Shown here: one piece after another, positions 63,019-64,000 of the stretch | How the letters are laid out: the number at the start of each line of letters is the position of its first letter | Numbering within the stretch: the stretch's first letter is position 1 | From: a virus | Taxonomy: Duplodnaviria > Caudoviricetes | DNA length: 64,000 nucleotides | Strand: one strand, 5' to 3' | Virus record (IMG/VR): IMGVR_UViG_3300021399_000010 | Location: 15,215-79,214 of that record | Translations under genes and position numbers: made by a program | Notes under the pieces: generated by a model | What the model was told of the DNA's origin: nothing | Databases searched by the model: none | The model's input: the letters and a program-made list of their open reading frames with translations, nothing else

Positions 63019-63408
63019 ATGAAGACTGAGTATATTGATGTGGACGGTTACTGGGGTATTGCAATATGTCATGATTATGATGTTTCTAACCCTGAAGATG
63101 AACATATTCTATGGGGGTATATGCGTTCATTTGGCATGAAAGAAAGAAATATCAATAAGGCGTTAAACATTCTCTCAAATTACAACACAGGAATGTGTGT
63201 GTCAAACAATGACGTGCGAATGAGTGGCATATTTATAAGCAAGGCAACAAGTCCGAGTGAATGGTGGTCATCGTGCTTGCACGAGTTGCGTCATTGCGCA
63301 CAAGCAATTATTGACTACTATGGCGCGGATTGGAACGAAGACGATGCTTATCTAACAGGCTTTCTTACTAAACGTGCAGTTGAGATATTGGGTGAACCTT
63401 GTAGATAG
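63019..63408 (+). CDS. Putative zincin-like metallopeptidase
   Basis: HELRH (HExxH) with downstream EDDAY. Confidence 0.65.
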   Translation: MKTEYIDVDGYWGIAICHDYDVSNPEDEHILWGYMRSFGMKERNINKALNILSNYNTGMCVSNNDVRMSGIFISKATSPSEWWSSCLHELRHCAQAIIDYYGADWNEDDAYLTGFLTKRAVEILGEPCR

Positions 63409-63430
63409 AGCCTCATTGTGTAGGCTCTAT
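63405..63430. terminator. Bidirectional hairpin between convergent genes
   Basis: ATAGAGCCT/AGGCTCTAT 9-bp stem. Confidence 0.65.
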
Positions 63431-64000
63431 CATTTTTGTTTTCCACAAAAAGCCAAATACCAATTTGTTTTTGTCTCTATGTTTTGCTATCAAGCTTTTT
63501 GCTGAAGTAATTTTATATCCTATTGGTGCTGCATCTTTTGCTGCGTCACTTATAGAATCATACATTTTTATAAATGTGCCATCTTTAGAGTATTTTCCTA
63601 TTTTAATTGTAAGACCTTTTTCTTTTCTTGTTCTTATTTGTTTTTCCCTATATTCTTTACTTTTTCTTGAATTTACAACTTTTTGGTGCGTAATTGGGTT
63701 TCTTGCATTTTCTAATCTTGTACACCACTTTAAATTTTCCACTCTATTATCAAGCCTGTTTGTGTTTATATGGTCTATATGATTTTTGCCGTTTGGTTTC
63801 TCTATAAAAGCCATTGCCACAATTCTATGAACCGCAAGTGTTTCATGTTTGCTATTTTTGGATAATGTTATATAATAATAACCATCATGTATTTTTAGAT
63901 TTCTAATACTTTCACGTCTGTGTATTTGGCGATTTTTTGTGTTTATAGTCCTTTTAAGTGACTTTATTCTTCCATTATTACTCACTTCGTACAGACCTTC
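63413..64000 (-). CDS. NUMOD4-HNH-NUMOD1 homing endonuclease, truncated by window end
   Basis: EGLYEVSNNGRIKS (frame open to 64000), VHRIVAMAF, IDHINTNRLDNRVENLKWCT, YDSISDAAK. Confidence 0.88.
   Translation of the reverse strand, partial: EGLYEVSNNGRIKSLKRTINTKNRQIHRRESIRNLKIHDGYYYITLSKNSKHETLAVHRIVAMAFIEKPNGKNHIDHINTNRLDNRVENLKWCTRLENARNPITHQKVVNSRKSKEYREKQIRTRKEKGLTIKIGKYSKDGTFIKMYDSISDAAKDAAPIGYKITSAKSLIAKHRDKNKLVFGFLWKTKMIEPTQ

Larger units (their letters stand above)
1..64000. mobile_element. Siphovirus-like bacteriophage or prophage genome segment, probable Bacteroidota host
   Basis: TerL, portal, capsid, tail tube, tape measure, lysis and RecT modules; no host housekeeping genes; several TAnnTTTG boxes upstream of operons. 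Confidence 0.95.

Noticed and set aside
1-64000. Stop-codon reassignment (code 15 or 4), as in some Prevotella and crAss-like phages
   Set aside because: Long genes are uninterrupted under the standard code, and TAG ends genes cleanly at operon-consistent positions (30444, 39040, 24870). No suppressor tRNA was seen.
1-64000. CRISPR array or mini-array
   Set aside because: No regularly spaced 25-47 bp repeats with unique spacers; the leader repeat is degenerate and separated by whole genes.

Overview
The whole window is a tailed dsDNA phage or prophage (siphovirus-like, standard genetic code). The host is most likely Bacteroidota (Prevotella/Bacteroides-like), judged from TAnnTTTG promoter boxes and Bacteroidota-typical gene families. 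Layout: (1) 1-26.6 kb, minus strand: RecT plus YqaJ-like exonuclease, an SSB-like protein, a ThyX-like protein, an HNH endonuclease, two DNA methyltransferases, an RNAP alpha-CTD-like protein, a small serine recombinase and about 50 small hypothetical genes, with several structured non-coding stretches and two tRNA-like elements whose anticodon loops are aberrant. (2) 26.6-27.66 kb: AT-rich divergent non-coding region, a candidate terminus or origin. (3) 27.66-29.2 kb, plus strand: two more SSB-like genes and a DUF1599-like gene. (4) 29.3-44.1 kb, minus strand: scaffold, decoration, major capsid, head completion, major tail, frameshifted tail chaperones and a 2421-aa tape measure protein. (5) 44.3-60.2 kb, plus strand: TerL, portal, lysis trio, tail tip, tail fibres and a GH16 glycoside hydrolase. 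(6) 60.4-63.4 kb: a separately promoted six-gene module of unknown function ending in an HExxH peptidase. (7) A NUMOD4-HNH gene cut by the window edge. The best leads are the six-gene module, the pair of anticodon-less tRNA mimics with nearby large structured RNAs, the repeated early-gene leader, the free-standing alpha-CTD and the tail-associated GH16. All family assignments come from motifs read by eye; no database searches were run.
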